Notes: generated by a model from the letters alone, not told the origin. Counted from the stretch's first letter, positions 1 through 12,984 are shown. The stretch: 64,000 bases of DNA from Octopus vulgaris (GCA_951406725.2 OX597818.1:44702001-44766000); one strand, 5' to 3'. Numbers and translations are program-made.

Positions 1-239
1 CTAACTAATTACTTACTTCCATCCATCTACCCACCCACCCATCCATCCATCCATCCATCCATCCGTCTGTTGATCTGTCTGCTTGCCTACATGCCTACCT
101 GCCTGTTCATCCGTCTGTCTGTTTGTCTGTATTTGTCTGTATATGCATGCACGCAAGCGCGCACGCACACACACACACACGCATATACATACATACATAC
201 ATACATGGAGAAGCAGTGATGAGTGAAAATTCTGTAGCT

Positions 240-600
240 AATAATAAGAGCACTCAGGGAGCACAAACCTCTACCAAGGCAACACCAACGTCCTCTCGAC
301 AATTAGCCAGAGATGATTTTTAAAATGAGAATATCTGAAATAAACTCAACTGCTCTCACAAAAGAGAATACTAAAAATGAACCCAACCACTCTCAAAAAT
401 TAAGTAAAAAACAGGAAAAATAATCCAGAATCCTTGTCCAGTTCTAAATTGATCCCCAAATCTAATCAGTTTGTGCCAGTCCTGAGGCCAAATATCACTG
501 AAAGTTTCATCTGAATCCATCCATCAGTTCTTGAGATATCATGTCCACAGACAAACAAATCAAACAAACAAATATCACTGAAAAGGCAGAGATAATAACG
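240..600. mobile_element. Non-autonomous DNA element, Helentron/HINE-like (tentative)
   Basis: aagagcactcag..aaacctctaccaagg start and gaaagtttcatctgaatccatcc..acagacaaacaaa body resemble HINE/DINE-type elements; single copy here. Confidence 0.35.
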
Positions 601-830
601 ATGATCATAAGGTTAAAACTTGTAAGTGTTCACGGTGTATTTGCTAACATGTATTTGCTAATAAAACTAGTCTCAATTTTGAGGCATATAAACCCTCAGT
701 GTACTAACACCCACCTGTTTCTATTGAGGGCTTATATGCCCTAATATTAGACTCTTTAACCAATACACAGTGAATGCTTATAAGCTTTAAGCTTATAATT
801 ATTATTATCATTATTATATATATATATATA

Positions 831-1026
831 TAGGGAGAGTTTACGAAAAAAACAAAAAATGAAGACAGGTTGGTGTACAAAACAAACAGATGTATTAGTA
901 TAACGCTCAGGAATAGAAAAAGTCTTTTATGTTTCGAGCCTACGCTCTTCTACAGAAAGGGACACAGAAAAAACAAGGAGAGAAAAAATTGTGTGTAGTG
1001 GCTAACGATCTATCATGGCGACTGAT
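831..1026 (-). mobile_element. Penelope-like terminal-repeat fragment in (TA)n, with degenerate hammerhead motif
   Basis: Minus strand gtcccttt-CTGTAGA-A-GAGC-gtag-GCTC-GAAA-CATA-aaagac; related copy at 56255-56455. Confidence 0.55.
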
Positions 1027-1396
1027 ATATATATATTATATATATTATATATATATATATTTTTTTTGTATGTGTATATGTGTGAGTTTATTTATTTATT
1101 TAAAGTTGATGCTTTTTCTCCATTGTCACCTATGTCGTTCTAAACAAATAAATACATATACACATATATACATACACACATTGGAATTCCTGAAGAAGTA
1201 CTTATTTACTTACTTCCCAAGGACGTTTTTGCTACCCCAGATTTGATAGATTAGCGTACCCCAATAAAAATTTGGCAGAGAAACACTCTGCATAAAAAAC
1301 AAAACAAAACGAAAAGAAAAGAAAAAAACCCCAGAAAACCCCAGTTATGTTTGGGTATGTTTCCTGTAGAGTTGAGGTTGCTGTTAACATTAACAG

Positions 1397-1765
1397 GAAG
1401 TGTAGATTGCCGAAGACTCATAACTATTATGCCATGTCACATTCTGAAGGTTATACATTCGCAAAGAGAAGATAGCTTCAAAATACCTAATGAACAACTA
1501 CGAAGTCTATAAACCTCAAGATGCAGCTGAAAACGTTCAATTATGTTACATATTACATGTGATCCGCAGCTGCCCCAAAATGCCAAGCGGTTACTGCATT
1601 TTAATGCAGTAATATGACGTTGTTAAAGCAATATACAGTCTGGTGATTATGTTCTGGGTGTGCCAAAATATACACTACAGGTTGTAAATTTTCCTAATAG
1701 TAATTCTGTTTTGCATAGTAGAAGAGATTGTCAGGATCATGTGGTATTCAATATAGAACAAACCT
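1397..1765 (+). pseudogene. Candidate exon remnant, CUB-like
   Basis: Acceptor taacag|ga; phase 1 reads SVDCRRLITIMPCHILKVIHSQREDSFKIP (cf. CUB C-x-W-x-I...I-x-L-x-F) followed by several stops. Confidence 0.35.
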
Positions 1766-1959
1766 GTAGTTTGTATGCATATTTTTTTTAGTAATTACTT
1801 GTGGTAGAATAGCAGGTACAACATTGTAGCTAAAACTGTGACAACAACCACTGTATGCTTCTATATATAGTGCCATTCGTAAGAAAAACTTCCCCGGGAT
1901 AAATATAGGAAATATTTCTGTTGTTGAATACGTTCATTCATTTCAACTTGACAAGTATC

Positions 1960-2200
1960 AGCGGAACTTTCCTGACAAACTTTCACCAGATGCAAGTGTA
2001 ACAAACTTGATATAGTTTTTGTGGGGACAGAAAAGAAAATGAGATAAAGTTATAGAAGTCACCTGCCTTGCAGATGTAAACATCTCTTTTAAAATCAGTG
2101 TGAAAGATAATATTTAGATAACTGATTTGAAACCTGCAGATTTGCTTCTCAGATTATAAATTCACATTTCTAGCTATAATTATTGGCTACGTTCGTAAAT
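1960..2200 (+). mobile_element. Degenerate restriction-like endonuclease fragment of an R4/Dong-type non-LTR element
   Basis: DIV..W...VIEVTCLADVNISFKISVKDNI matches the 15891-16100 peptide. Confidence 0.6.
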
Positions 2201-2389
2201 ATCAATGCGTTAGTCTTCTAAACCCAGGGCAGTGACCTAACACTCATTTTGCAGAACACACTTTGTGAATACAAACTAAGCTAAAATGCTCAACACTTCA
2301 CATGTCATTTACACTTCAGAAATGGCATATTGTCTCTTTGTTACAAATCTTTATAGGAATAAAGGAAGATACTACACACATATACACTG

Positions 2390-2423
<34 letters not shown>

Positions 2424-2424
2424 T

Positions 2425-2639
2425 GATGGGAATGGTAAGACAACAAAAGAATGAAAGAGACCTTGATATTATGTAAATAGAAGAATTTATCTGTAAAATT
2501 AATATGTGACAATTATTCAGTAGCCATGAAAAGACTCTGGGTTTTGGATGTTGGGGCAGAAAGAGATGGTGGCGTAGGTTTCTGCCCTGACACCCGAAAC
2601 TCGGAGTTTTATCATGGCTACCAAATAATTGTTACATAT
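2425..2639. repeat. Penelope-like fragment with a ~61-bp-arm inverted repeat (2502-2639)
   Basis: atatgtgacaattattcagtagccatg...ggggcagaaa is the imperfect reverse complement of tttctgccctga...aattgttacatat. Confidence 0.75.
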
Positions 2640-3071
2640 ATGTGTGTGTGTGTGTGCACATATATTTACACAAATGCACACACACACACATATATTCTTT
2701 TATTCTCTTACTGGTTTCAGTTTTTGGATTGCATCCATGCTTCAAGAGTTTTGGTATTAGGAATCAAACCCAGAACATTTTCCAGTATCTATTTTATTGC
2801 CAAAGCAAGTCATTCTCAGTGTAGGCAGACACAGCTCATTGCTTATGTGCTGCAAGCTATTAGTTTCTTTGATGCACCAATATTTTGCATTTCATGACAA
2901 TACAAAGAAAAATGTATATCTTTTATGTCACTGCCATTGTGGTTGTGGTCGTTCTGACATCTACTTTTCCAAGCTTGCATGGGTCACAGGAGACAAAATT
3001 GTGATAGAGTTTTCTGTAGTTGGATAGCCTTCATAATGCCAACCTCCACCTGTTTCCAGGTAATCTCCCAG

Positions 3072-3271
3072 TTTATCAATGGTTATGCAAAGAACCGAAA
3101 GCAATTAGCGCTGTATGAAGGAGCCTTTGCTTCACAAAGATCTCATAACATATGAAGACATGTCAAAATGCCTGGACATGCTTTTGAAGTAGGCTGCAAG
3201 TAAATGGCTCTGGCTGCATTAGCACTGAAGCCATTGTTTATAGCCAGGGAACACACATGAAGATGAGATGA
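3072..3271 (+). pseudogene. Exon remnant, N-terminal part of a C-type lectin domain
   Basis: After ctcccag: YQWLCKEPKAISAV*RSLCFTKIS*HMKTCQNAWTCF* (cf. C...CY......KTW.DA...C). Confidence 0.45.
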
Positions 3272-3840
3272 AATATGAATTCACGCACACACACACGTAT
3301 AGTATATGTATGTATATCATAAAAGTTTAATAAACAAATACTCTACTACAGTATTTAGTAACCCTTCGATTTAATGTCAAATTGTTTTCATGTATGTCTT
3401 GACATAAAAACAAACACCGTACATACATGCATATATCATTCATCTATACATACATGCATGCATACATAAATACATACGCATCTCTCACACATACACACAC
3501 TCACACAAGCATACTGTGGGCTTCTTTCATTTCCATCTACCAAATCCCCTGTCATGGAATTGGTTGTGAAGGGGTCACAGAGGAAGACATTTGCCCATGC
3601 AGTGGAATTGAACTCCAAACCACATGGGTGGGAAGCAAACTTCTTAAACCTACAGCTATGCCTATGTATATAAATATATATATATGTATATAAATAATAA
3701 TATGTCTATATTATATATATACATATATATACATTATATATACATTATATATACATTATATATACTTTTTATATGTATGTATGTATGTATGTACATACGT
3801 ATGTACATATGTATATACATATGTGTGTATGTATGTATAT

Positions 3841-3950
3841 CATTGTTCAGTTTATTTCAAGATTTCTTGCCAACAGAGAACGAGCTGATTTCTAACCTAG
3901 ATTCATGGGTCCTTCATTGGAATTTCAACATCAACAACAGGGTATTTTTG
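3841..3950 (-). mobile_element. ~110-bp repeat embedded in (TATG)n; probable 3' end of an R4-like LINE
   Basis: Near-identical to 16081-16190 and similar to the 3' region of the LINE at 15665-15730. Confidence 0.55.
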
Positions 3951-4078
3951 CATGCATGCATGTATGTATGTATGTATGTATGTATGTATGTATGTATGTA
4001 TGTATGTATGTATGTATGTATGTATGTATGTATGTATGTTAAGAAACAAGGATATCCACTCACTACAGTTGCTGTTGA

Positions 4079-4219
4079 ATGACAGGGATCACAATATTAT
4101 ATCCACACATGTCTAAGACTATTAATACCTGACTCTTTGTCCAGCCTGGTGAATTTTTGAAGAAATTTGAGTACTTTTCTGAAGGACTTTTAGTACAAGT
4201 CTTGGTGTCCACACCATGA
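4079..4219 (+). pseudogene. Exon remnant, CUB domain
   Basis: ILYPHMSKTINT*LFVQPGEFLKKFEYFSEG resembles CUB YP.....C.W.I.V.PG..I.L.F..F.LE, with TGA (4130-4132) at the Trp position. Confidence 0.5.
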
Positions 4220-5593
4220 AAGAGCATCATAGCCATAAGATTTGGGTCCTGAACTACTGATCACAGATCATCCATTTAGATTTTGCTGCTGTAATTGTGT
4301 ATTGTGCCTTTGAGTAAGATAGCTAACTGCATTTTCCAGTTTGCCCAAATGAATAAGACAGACATGACTTACATTCACATTTTAGTACTCACTAAAAAAG
4401 CAAATGCTCCACTTAAGAACAATCCCATCCGAGCAATATTTAATGAATTTAGAACAATAAAAAAAAGGTACTCATGGAAGATAAAAAAAGTAGAACAGAA
4501 ACAAGGCACTAAAAGAGAATGACTCTCCCCAGACACAACAAAAACAAAAATGAATTCATAAATATGGTAGAATATGTTGATTGTATCATACCCTCATGGA
4601 AGCCACCCAAAAATGTTAACAAGGCATGACTTTCTAATTAAGTATGTCATAAAAAAAAAAAATTACATACTATGTTAACAGATGAAAGATGTCTCTGATG
4701 TAAAGTAGATTAGATTCTTCAAATTCCATTTGAAAGGAGAAATGGGATTGAAGATGTAGATTATAGGAAAAGATGAAGTGCAGCCAGTTTTCTTTTTTAC
4801 TTATTTCTTTTTATCTTTTTTTTTAACAAAAAAAAAAAGAAATGATTAATGGTTCCAATCAGATGTATTAAGATCTTTAATTGCTGATCACCTGAACTTG
4901 CTTCTTATTGCAAATCTTGAGTTATTATTTCTATTAAGCCAGAATTGTACTATATTTGAAGATATAATTTAGAATTTGTATATTGGTACAGAAAAATAAA
5001 AGAAATCATGTTTAGTATACTTTCATATATAGTATATTCATCTTTTCTTTTCAGTATTGCATAATATTTTTTCTTTGACGGGTACAATATCTAATAAACA
5101 CCAGCTCTCAATGTCAGTCATCTGTTCTCATATATCTCTATTTAGTGAAGCGGGGGTAGGGGACACAATGGGGGCAGCCCACCCCAGGTGACACTTTTAT
5201 AAGTGTAGCACATTTGGCTCACCTGTAAAATCCTATATAGGATGCAGAGGACAACAAACTTAAGGGAATGTCATGGATGGCACTTATTCTAGCTACACCA
5301 CTGCCTCTAGTGAGATTAAAACAGTGGACAAAATGCCTTGTGGTATTTCTTCCAGCTCTTTATGTCCTGAGTTCAAATCTCACCTAAGCCAACTTTGCTT
5401 TTCATCCTTTTGAAGTTGATAAAATAAAGTACCTGAAATTGATGGTATTGGCTAACTCCCTCCCTTCAAAATTAAGGTCCTTGCACCAGTATATAAAAAC
5501 TCATTACATATCTCTATTCTTACCATTTTTCATTTGCTCCTCACACCTTGCGTTAATGACATCACTGAGTTTTCACAAAATATTATTCAGAAT

Positions 5594-5692
5594 CTCTTGT
5601 GTCTGGGGAGAGTAATTTTCTTTTTGTATCAAAATTTAACACACTCACCAGTAAAATTTCCACTTATTCCTTATTTTTATTTTCCTAAAATT
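5594..5692 (+). mobile_element. Short Penelope-like insertion with 11-bp TSD
   Basis: Flanked by ttattcagaat (5583-5593, 5693-5703); same family at 37341-37480 and 4500-4545 (-). Confidence 0.7.
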
Positions 5693-5710
5693 TTATTCAG
5701 AATAGAATGA

Positions 5711-5839
5711 TTCAAATGTGGAGACAAAATCCTACACTAGAGAAGCAGATATTTTGGCAACTGTTTTCAGCATCATAAGCTGTTCTGGCCCAGTGAATTT
5801 CTAGCAGTTAGTGGTAAATTTGTCAAGCTATTTGGTTGA
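5711..5839 (+). pseudogene. Exon remnant, CTLD N-terminus
   Basis: FKCGDKILH*RSRYFGNCFQHHKLFWPSEF (cf. C...W..F.G.CY......W); a TE insertion (5594-5692) lies immediately upstream. Confidence 0.4.
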
Positions 5840-6718
5840 TTATAGTGTTAAGACAAGTACAGATTCCAAGCTGTTACCATCAAAGAACCTACTGTATGCC
5901 TGATATTTGAGAAGTGTCAACTATGTAACTAGTTCAATGATGCATGATAGAAAATGTAGGTGTTGAGCATGGCGAAAGGTAAAATAAACAGCAGAGAAAG
6001 GTAAGGTGAGACAAAAGAGTAAAAATAAAGTGAGATGAGAGAAACAACAGATTTATAATTAAGCATGCAGAAGCACACCTGATTTTTTTATACATTTGTG
6101 TCAGTCGTACGTCTGTATGAATAAATATCGTGTGATCACGTGATCGGCCAAACTATCGGATGCCATTATACATCACTTGTCACAATGCGCTTTTGCATCG
6201 TTTTCGAATGATGTCATCCCACTGGCTAGGTGAGCAGGTCAACGTCCCCTCTGATCGGAATGTTAGCCCTACCCAGGGTTACCCATTTACAGCTTAGTAG
6301 ACTGAAGCAATGTGAAATGATGTGTTTTGCTTAAGAACCCAATGTGTTGCTCAGCCTGGGAATTGAACCCATAATCTTGAAATTGTGAGTTCAACATCCT
6401 AATCACTGGGCCACATACCTTCATATGCATAAATATAACTTTAAAAAAAAGAAGATAATATAGCCTTGAATATGTTGTATTTAGTTAATCCACATGTGTG
6501 TGTTTGTTTCTTTTAGTAAAAGCCTATTGTATATAATTCACTTATTTATATTAAATAACTTATATGACACATTAACACAAATACATACATTTATGAACGT
6601 TTGTGGGTTTCTATGTATTTGTAGTGCATATATACTTTGTGAATATATCATAACTTTGTTTACCTTTATCTTATATTTTGTATATGTGTATGTGTGTAGA
6701 TGTGTATACACAATATAT

Positions 6719-7098
6719 ACTCTTTTACTTGTTTCAGTCATTTGACTGTGGCCATGCTGGAGCATCGATTTAGTCAAGCAAATCGATCACAGGACTTATT
6801 CTTTGTAAGCCTATACTTATTGTATCGGTCTCTTTTACCGAACCACTAAGTTACGGGGACGTAAACACGCCAGCATCGGTTGTCAAGAGATGTTGGGGTG
6901 ACAAACACATACATATACATACATATACATATATACGATGGACTTCTTTTCAGTTTCTGCCTACCAAATCCACCCACAAGGCTTTGGTCAGCCCAAGGCT
7001 ATAGTAGAAGACACTTGCCTAAGGTTTCACGCAGTGGGACTGAACCACAACCATGTGGTTGGTAAGCAAGCTACTTACCACACAGCCACTCCTGCGCC
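6719..7098 (-). mobile_element. tRNA-derived SINE family A (~380-440 bp, internal TA/TG microsatellite)
   Basis: Head ggcgcaggagtggctgtgtggtaag..ggttcagtccc, tail gtaaaagag. Other copies about 8935-9205+, 9205-9574-, 9980-10380-, 17620-18030-, 19930-20372+, 20880-21306-, 22130-22502+, 23745-24150-, 30070-30430+, 34845-35243+, 45045-45375+, 46948-47310-, 55463-55860-, 61838-62220+. Confidence 0.9.
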
Positions 7099-7154
7099 TA
7101 TGTAAACAAAATATGCAGAATGCATAGAGATACGTAAATATGAAGACAGTGAGA

Positions 7155-7203
<49 letters not shown>

Positions 7204-7362
7204 TGAGAGAGAGAGAGAAAGAGGGAGAGAAGTCAATGGAAAGAATTAAACAATCAAAAAGAAGAAAAAATTGTGAAAATATTTCCACTATGAACAGGAA
7301 ATATGTTTGGAAAAGAAGAACAACCGTTAAATGGAAACCATTCATGTTGTTATCAGTTGCAG

Positions 7363-7431
7363 GTATTTGTGGCTAATAAAGACACAGATGAGAAGATATA
7401 AAACAGAAACAGTCAGCAAGGTAAAATTGCG
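7363..7431 (+). pseudogene. Candidate 69-bp exon (open frame)
   Basis: ttgcag| ... |gtgagc, phase 2-2, YLWLIKTQMRRYKTETVSKVKLR (YLWL resembles the CTLD WIGL strand). Confidence 0.4.
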
Positions 7432-7737
7432 GTGAGCTGGAGTTGTAGTTTTCATTACTGAACACCAATGAAAGGCAAAAAAACTAATTTGAAAAATATA
7501 AACAATTTCTTCTCTCTCATGCTAATAAAAACCTGTTAAAATACTGAAAGTAATGGGAAAATATATAGCAGGAGGTTTCATTTGAATGTAGCTGATATTT
7601 TTTATGTTGCACAAATATGAATATTTATGTTCAGGTAAAGAATAGTTTAACCCTTTCGTTACCATATTTATTTTGAGATGCTCTATGTTTCTTTCAGTTA
7701 CTTTAAATATAACAAAGAATTTAGTAAAATAACTTAG

Positions 7738-8064
7738 AGAGAGACTTAGTAATTTTAATATTTCTATTATTGAAAACAAGTGGATGTATTCCACTGTAAC
7801 TAGGTAAATAAAATCTTCGAACAGAGGGTCAGTAGCGACACCTGCTGGTTCTGACTACGCTGCATTGATAAAGGGCAACAACCCTGAAACATGTCTGCAG
7901 ATGTCTGACTAGCAAGGTGAAGCGGCTGACCTCCCCTGTTCGAAGGTTGTAATGGACGCAGGTTCGTGTCTCATAGCTAGCTAGAGGCGATGGCCTCTTG
8001 GAGCTAATCAGTGACAGCTTTAGTCTTATTTATAGACTGCCATATTAGTATAGCGATAACTATT
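7738..8064 (+). mobile_element. 327-bp retrozyme/Penelope-like insert with 10-bp TSD
   Basis: TSD aataacttag (7728-7737, 8065-8074); internal hammerhead motif enclosed by a long-range stem. Confidence 0.7.
7860..7900 (+). ncRNA. Degenerate minimal type I hammerhead ribozyme
   Basis: CTGCA-TTGATAA-AGGG-caacaa-CCCT-GAAA-CATG-TC-TGCAG: perfect stems I and II, palindromic stem III, two transitions in the CUGAUGA core. Confidence 0.7.
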
Positions 8065-9088
8065 AATAACTTAGTTATCATTAAGCTAGTGTTAAGAACA
8101 TAAATTGTGACTAAGGTTTGGTGGAAGATTTTAATTAAAAACTTATAAAAACAAAACATTTGTACTACAGAGCCAGAGCCGGTTTCAGCCGGGTTGGTAA
8201 CGAAAGGGTTAAGTGGATTTTTGTATAGTTATTTATTTGAAGATTGCTGTGAAGATATATCTTTAGTCAGAGTTGTTGTCATCGATGGGGAAACTGTTTC
8301 TGTAATTAGTTCAATTAAAATATAATGTATCGAAGTTGAATTTGGATTATAAGTAAGTTTCGTTAGAATTAATGGAAATAAAATATAATGTGTGAGAGTT
8401 GAATGTGCAGAACAAGTAAGTAGTTAAACACTTTGACTAATAGCTCAGAGTTCCAGTGTAATAATTTCCCTAGATCAGCGTTTCCCAAACTGGAGCCCTA
8501 GTGATCTCTGTGAGAAGTCAATAGTTTACCAGAGAAAATAGTAATAAATAGGATAATCTGTCTACAAATGCAATTCAGTGTCATTTTTGTGTTTAATTCT
8601 ATATTTGAAATATTTATTATTCATGCATGGCATATTTAGATTTCCATTATCTGAAAAGGGGAGGGGCAGAGCTAACGAGGGTGGAAAAATAATTAGGAAT
8701 TATAGGTACAAGTATAACTGAGTGGTTAAGAAATTTGCTTCCCAACCACTTGATTCCATGCCCAGTTCAGCTGCATGGAACCTTAGACAAGTGTCTTCTA
8801 CAATAGTTCTGGGACAACCAAAGCTCTGTGATGGGATTTAGTTGATGTGTGTGAGTGTGTGTGTGTGTGTTTATGTGTGTGTATATATATATATATGTGT
8901 GTGTGTGTGTATGTGTGTGTATATTTATATACAGGTGTGTGGTAAGTAGCTTGCTTACCAACCACATGGTTCTGGGTTCAGTCCCACTGCATGGCACCTT
9001 GGGTAAGTGTCTTCTATTATAGCCTTGGGCTGACCAAAGCCTTGTGAGTGGATTTGGTAGATGGAAACTGAAAGAAGAAAGACCATCG

Positions 9089-9147
<59 letters not shown>

Positions 9148-9335
9148 ATGTGTGTGTATGTTTGTGTGTCTGTGTTTGTCATCCCCAACATCGCTTGACA
9201 ACCGAACCCAGGACTTATTCTTTGGAAGCCTAGTACTTATTCTACCGGTCTCTTTTGCCGAACCGCTAAGTTATGGGGATGTAAACACACCAGCATCGGT
9301 TGTCAAGCAATGTTAGGGGGACAAACACAGACACA

Positions 9336-9411
<76 letters not shown>

Positions 9412-9572
9412 TATATGACGGGCTTCTTTCAGTTTCCGTCTCCCAAATCCACTCACAAGGCTTTGGTTGGCCCGAGGCTATAGCAGAAGACACTAGCCCA
9501 AAGTGCCACAAAGTCGGAACGAACCCGGAACCATGTGGCTGGTAAGCAAGCTACTTACCACACAGCCACTCC

Positions 9573-9616
<44 letters not shown>

Positions 9617-10601
9617 GTATATGTGTGAGTGTGTGTGAGTGTATGTAAGTTGGTATCTCTTTGTCTTGACATTGTGTGATTGTTGTAAACAAGTGTCACC
9701 ACTATACAAGCAGTGCCCTTCATTTCTAGACATCTGTGATAATATGACCCTACTTGGAAATAGGCAAATGTTAACAAGAAAAGCATCTGGCTGTAGAATA
9801 TATGTTTTATCAAATTCCATCCACCCCATACATTCATGGAAAACTGAACATTAAAACAATGATGATAATATCGGGAATTTTGTCTAAGCAACATCTTGGT
9901 TAAGATGGAATTTCTTAAATCATCTTTGTGATGCCTGGTGGATTTAGCACTGCCAAACCTTTTGAACATTGTTTTACTTTTTTACTCTTTTACTCTTTTA
10001 CTTGTTTCAGTCATTTGACTGTGGCCATGCTGGAGCACCGCCTTTAGTCGAGCAAATCGACCCCGGGAATTATTCTTTGTAAGCCCAGTACTTATTCTAT
10101 CGGTCTCTTTTGCTGAACCGCTAAGTGACGGGGGACGTAAACACACCAGCATCGGTTGTCAAGCAATGCTAGGGGTACAAATACAGACACACAAACACAC
10201 ACACATATATATATATATACATATATACGACAGGCTTCTTTCAGTTTCTGTCTACCAAATCCACTCACAAGGCATTGGTCGGCCCGGGGTTATAGCAGAA
10301 GACACTTGCCCAAGATGCCACGCAGTGGGACTGAACCCGGAACCATGTGGTTGGTTAGCAAGCTACTTACCACACAGCCTATAGAATTTAACTTAATGAA
10401 AAAGAAAGCATAATATAATAAGTTTCACATGGGGGGCCCAGAGATATGGAATGTATTACAAGAGTAAAAAGGTTAGGAAAGGTTGCTTTAGGTAATAACC
10501 TCATTTATCTAAATGAAAATATATAACATAACCACATGAGACAGATTGGAATGTACTAATCTCATTAAAAATCTGCTGAAAGCAACTCCAAGACATGAAA
10601 T

Positions 10602-10760
10602 GAATTATGGTACTGCATGCAATACTTCAAAAGCATCAATAGATTTGGGAACTGGGAATATAACATTCGATCAAAACTGTGGCAAAATGCAAACAATATT
10701 TTTTTAATACATAAGTGGAAATTAGCTACCATAACAGAGATAAGTAATACAAGGAAATAA
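10602..10760 (+). pseudogene. Exon remnant, CTLD helix-1 region
   Basis: WYCMQYFKSINRFGNWEYNIRSKLWQNANNIFLIHKWKLATITEI (cf. F...CY......W..A...C......LA.I). Confidence 0.5.
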
Positions 10761-11237
10761 AAATGTATAAAATGGTAATGTATAAACTGATATAACTTCT
10801 GATCATAAGCTCGTTAGAATATCAATAGTCACTGATTGCATTACCAAGCATTTAAGCATTTCTTGAGAAAACAGTTCATATATACATACACATAAACACA
10901 TATAACAGATATAAATATATACGCATATTATATGTAGTATGTGTAATGCATTTTTATACGTGTGTGTGTGTATATATACATATATAAAAATAATGTATAA
11001 CATTATCTATCTATATCCCTACCTCTGTGTATGTGTGTGAGTGTATATATTTATATATATATATATCTAACCAAGTATAATCAGCTGAAATTGTGAGGAT
11101 AATCTGGTGCTTGACTGAGGAAAGAAAACCCAGAATGACCTGCCCTTGTTTTCTTTGTATCATCTATCTGGATGTTTTGTTGTCTCATTTTTGTATCACC
11201 TAGCTGTCCGGATGTTTTGGGTTCTGGTCCCATTTTG

Positions 11238-11273
<36 letters not shown>

Positions 11274-11502
11274 CTGATCGTGGCCGTTTGCCAGTCCCGA
11301 CTGGCACCTGTGCTGGTGACACATAAAAAGCACCCACTACACTCATGGAGTGGTTGGCGTTAGGAAAGGCATCCAGCTGTAGAAACACTGCCAGATCAGA
11401 CTGGGCCTGGTGCAGCATTCTGGCTTCCCAGACCCCAGTTGAACCGTTCAACCCATGCTAGCATGGAAAGCAGACGTTAAACGATGATGATGATGATGAT
11501 GA
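11274..11502 (+). mobile_element. SINE family B, (GAT/CAT)n-tailed, RTE-like 3' end
   Basis: ..ggaagggcatccagctgtagaaa..gacgttaaacgatgatgat. Other copies about 14881-15185-, 26295-26675-, 37720-38103+, 41150-41430+, 43655-43975-, 45470-45700+, 50883-51127-, 63915-64000+. Confidence 0.85.
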
Positions 11503-12309
11503 CATGTATGTATACAGGTTTGTATACAGGAAAATAGAACTCAAATCATGAGAAGATATATTAACAATATTAATAATAACAATATTAACAATATTAATAA
11601 TACATTAATAACAAGCAAGCCACAGAGTGACTCAAGGGCTGAGAGTTTCATGTGTCAGCAAGAAACAAATGATACATATATATATATATATATGCTGTAT
11701 TCCACATGCTAAGCATATTAAAAGGAAATTTAAAAAAATATAAAGAAATGAAAGTGTTTATTCATTAAAATTGAAAATAGTGAATTATAGAAATTGATAT
11801 TGAATCTATGAGCCATGATTTAAAAAAGATTACTTGGCAAAGGAAACTGCTGAAACCAATAACAAAATCAACTTCAATGGGAGTAGGAAAAACTTTTCGT
11901 CTTAGTTTTATTTTTATCATTATTTTGAGAAAATTGGACATCTCATGCTATCAATGCAACTCTTTCACTTTGTTTTTTAGCAAGGCAATGCCTCTCGGTG
12001 AAACTTAGGTAGGGAAGGTGTTTCAGAAGATTGCAGTTCTTGGAAGGATGGAACTGTCAACTCAAAATAATAAAACACCAACAGAAACTTGAATAATTGA
12101 AGCCAGAATAATAGAATAGAATACACAAGCAAACTTCCTTAACTTTTATAAAGAATCAAACAATGATGCTTATCTATGCTTTCAGTCATATCTCAAGGAA
12201 ATTTAATATGCGGTTTGATTATGGATAGTATTCTGTTATTCTAGTTATTATTGTATATAATTCTTTTGAGTTTATTACCATAATGTGAAGGATTGCCTTT
12301 TCTTTCTAG

Positions 12310-12372
12310 ATTCTAGAAAATATGATTACATTTTGAATAAATATCGGAATCTTTGCATGTATAGATATATCA
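12310..12372 (+). pseudogene. 63-bp exon with open frame and strong splice sites
   Basis: ttttctttctag| ... |gtaagt; phase 1-1; SRKYDYILNKYRNLCMYRYI; joins in frame to 13651. Confidence 0.55.
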
Positions 12373-12399
12373 GTAAGTTCTTTTATATATTATTATTTA

Positions 12400-12799
12400 C
12401 TAGCAGTATCGCCCGGCGTTGCTCGGGTTTGTAAGGGAAATAACTATATAAGCATTTTTAGAGATGTAAAGTATAATAGCCATCTCAATATGGCTAACCA
12501 CAAAGGAAGGGGGGGTGTTACTGTAGCATTTTACGTTCTGAGATTTAATGATAAATTTTTAGAGAGTTACTTCCCTTATATATGCCAAAAATGCATTAAA
12601 AATGGGAAAAAATGATGGTAAATTTTTTTTAAAATCGTAAACTCATTGTAGACGCACGCTAATACCCAGAAGGGCTCGATATGGATCACGACTATAAGAT
12701 ACCCGGTTTTGGTTAAACTGCACCGCAAAATGTGGGAGTAGTTAGGAATCTAAATCGTAGGAGACAGACAGCACACAACCTCACTTTTATATATAAAGA
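12400..12799 (-). mobile_element. Non-autonomous Helitron (family 1)
   Basis: Minus strand A|TCTTTATATATAAAA ... cccgagcaacgccggg hairpin ..CTAG|T; no TSD. Confidence 0.85.
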
Positions 12800-12984
12800 T
12801 TTTACGGATTTTACCGTGTTATAAAATGATATTAACACAATCAAATACATGGCTGACTGATAAACTAATGTATCATATTGGGAAATGGTAAGACAGAGGA
12901 AGGAGCAGCAGCTTGTTAAGTTTTGTAGTAAATAGAAGAACTAATTAATAGGTTTATTATAACACATTAAAAAAAATAAATAAA

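Larger units (their letters stand above)
7651..8208. mobile_element. piggyBac-type MITE carrying a nested insertion
   Basis: TTAA|CCCTTTCGTTACC ... GGTAACGAAAGGG|TTAA: perfect 13-bp TIRs with TTAA TSD. Confidence 0.85.
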
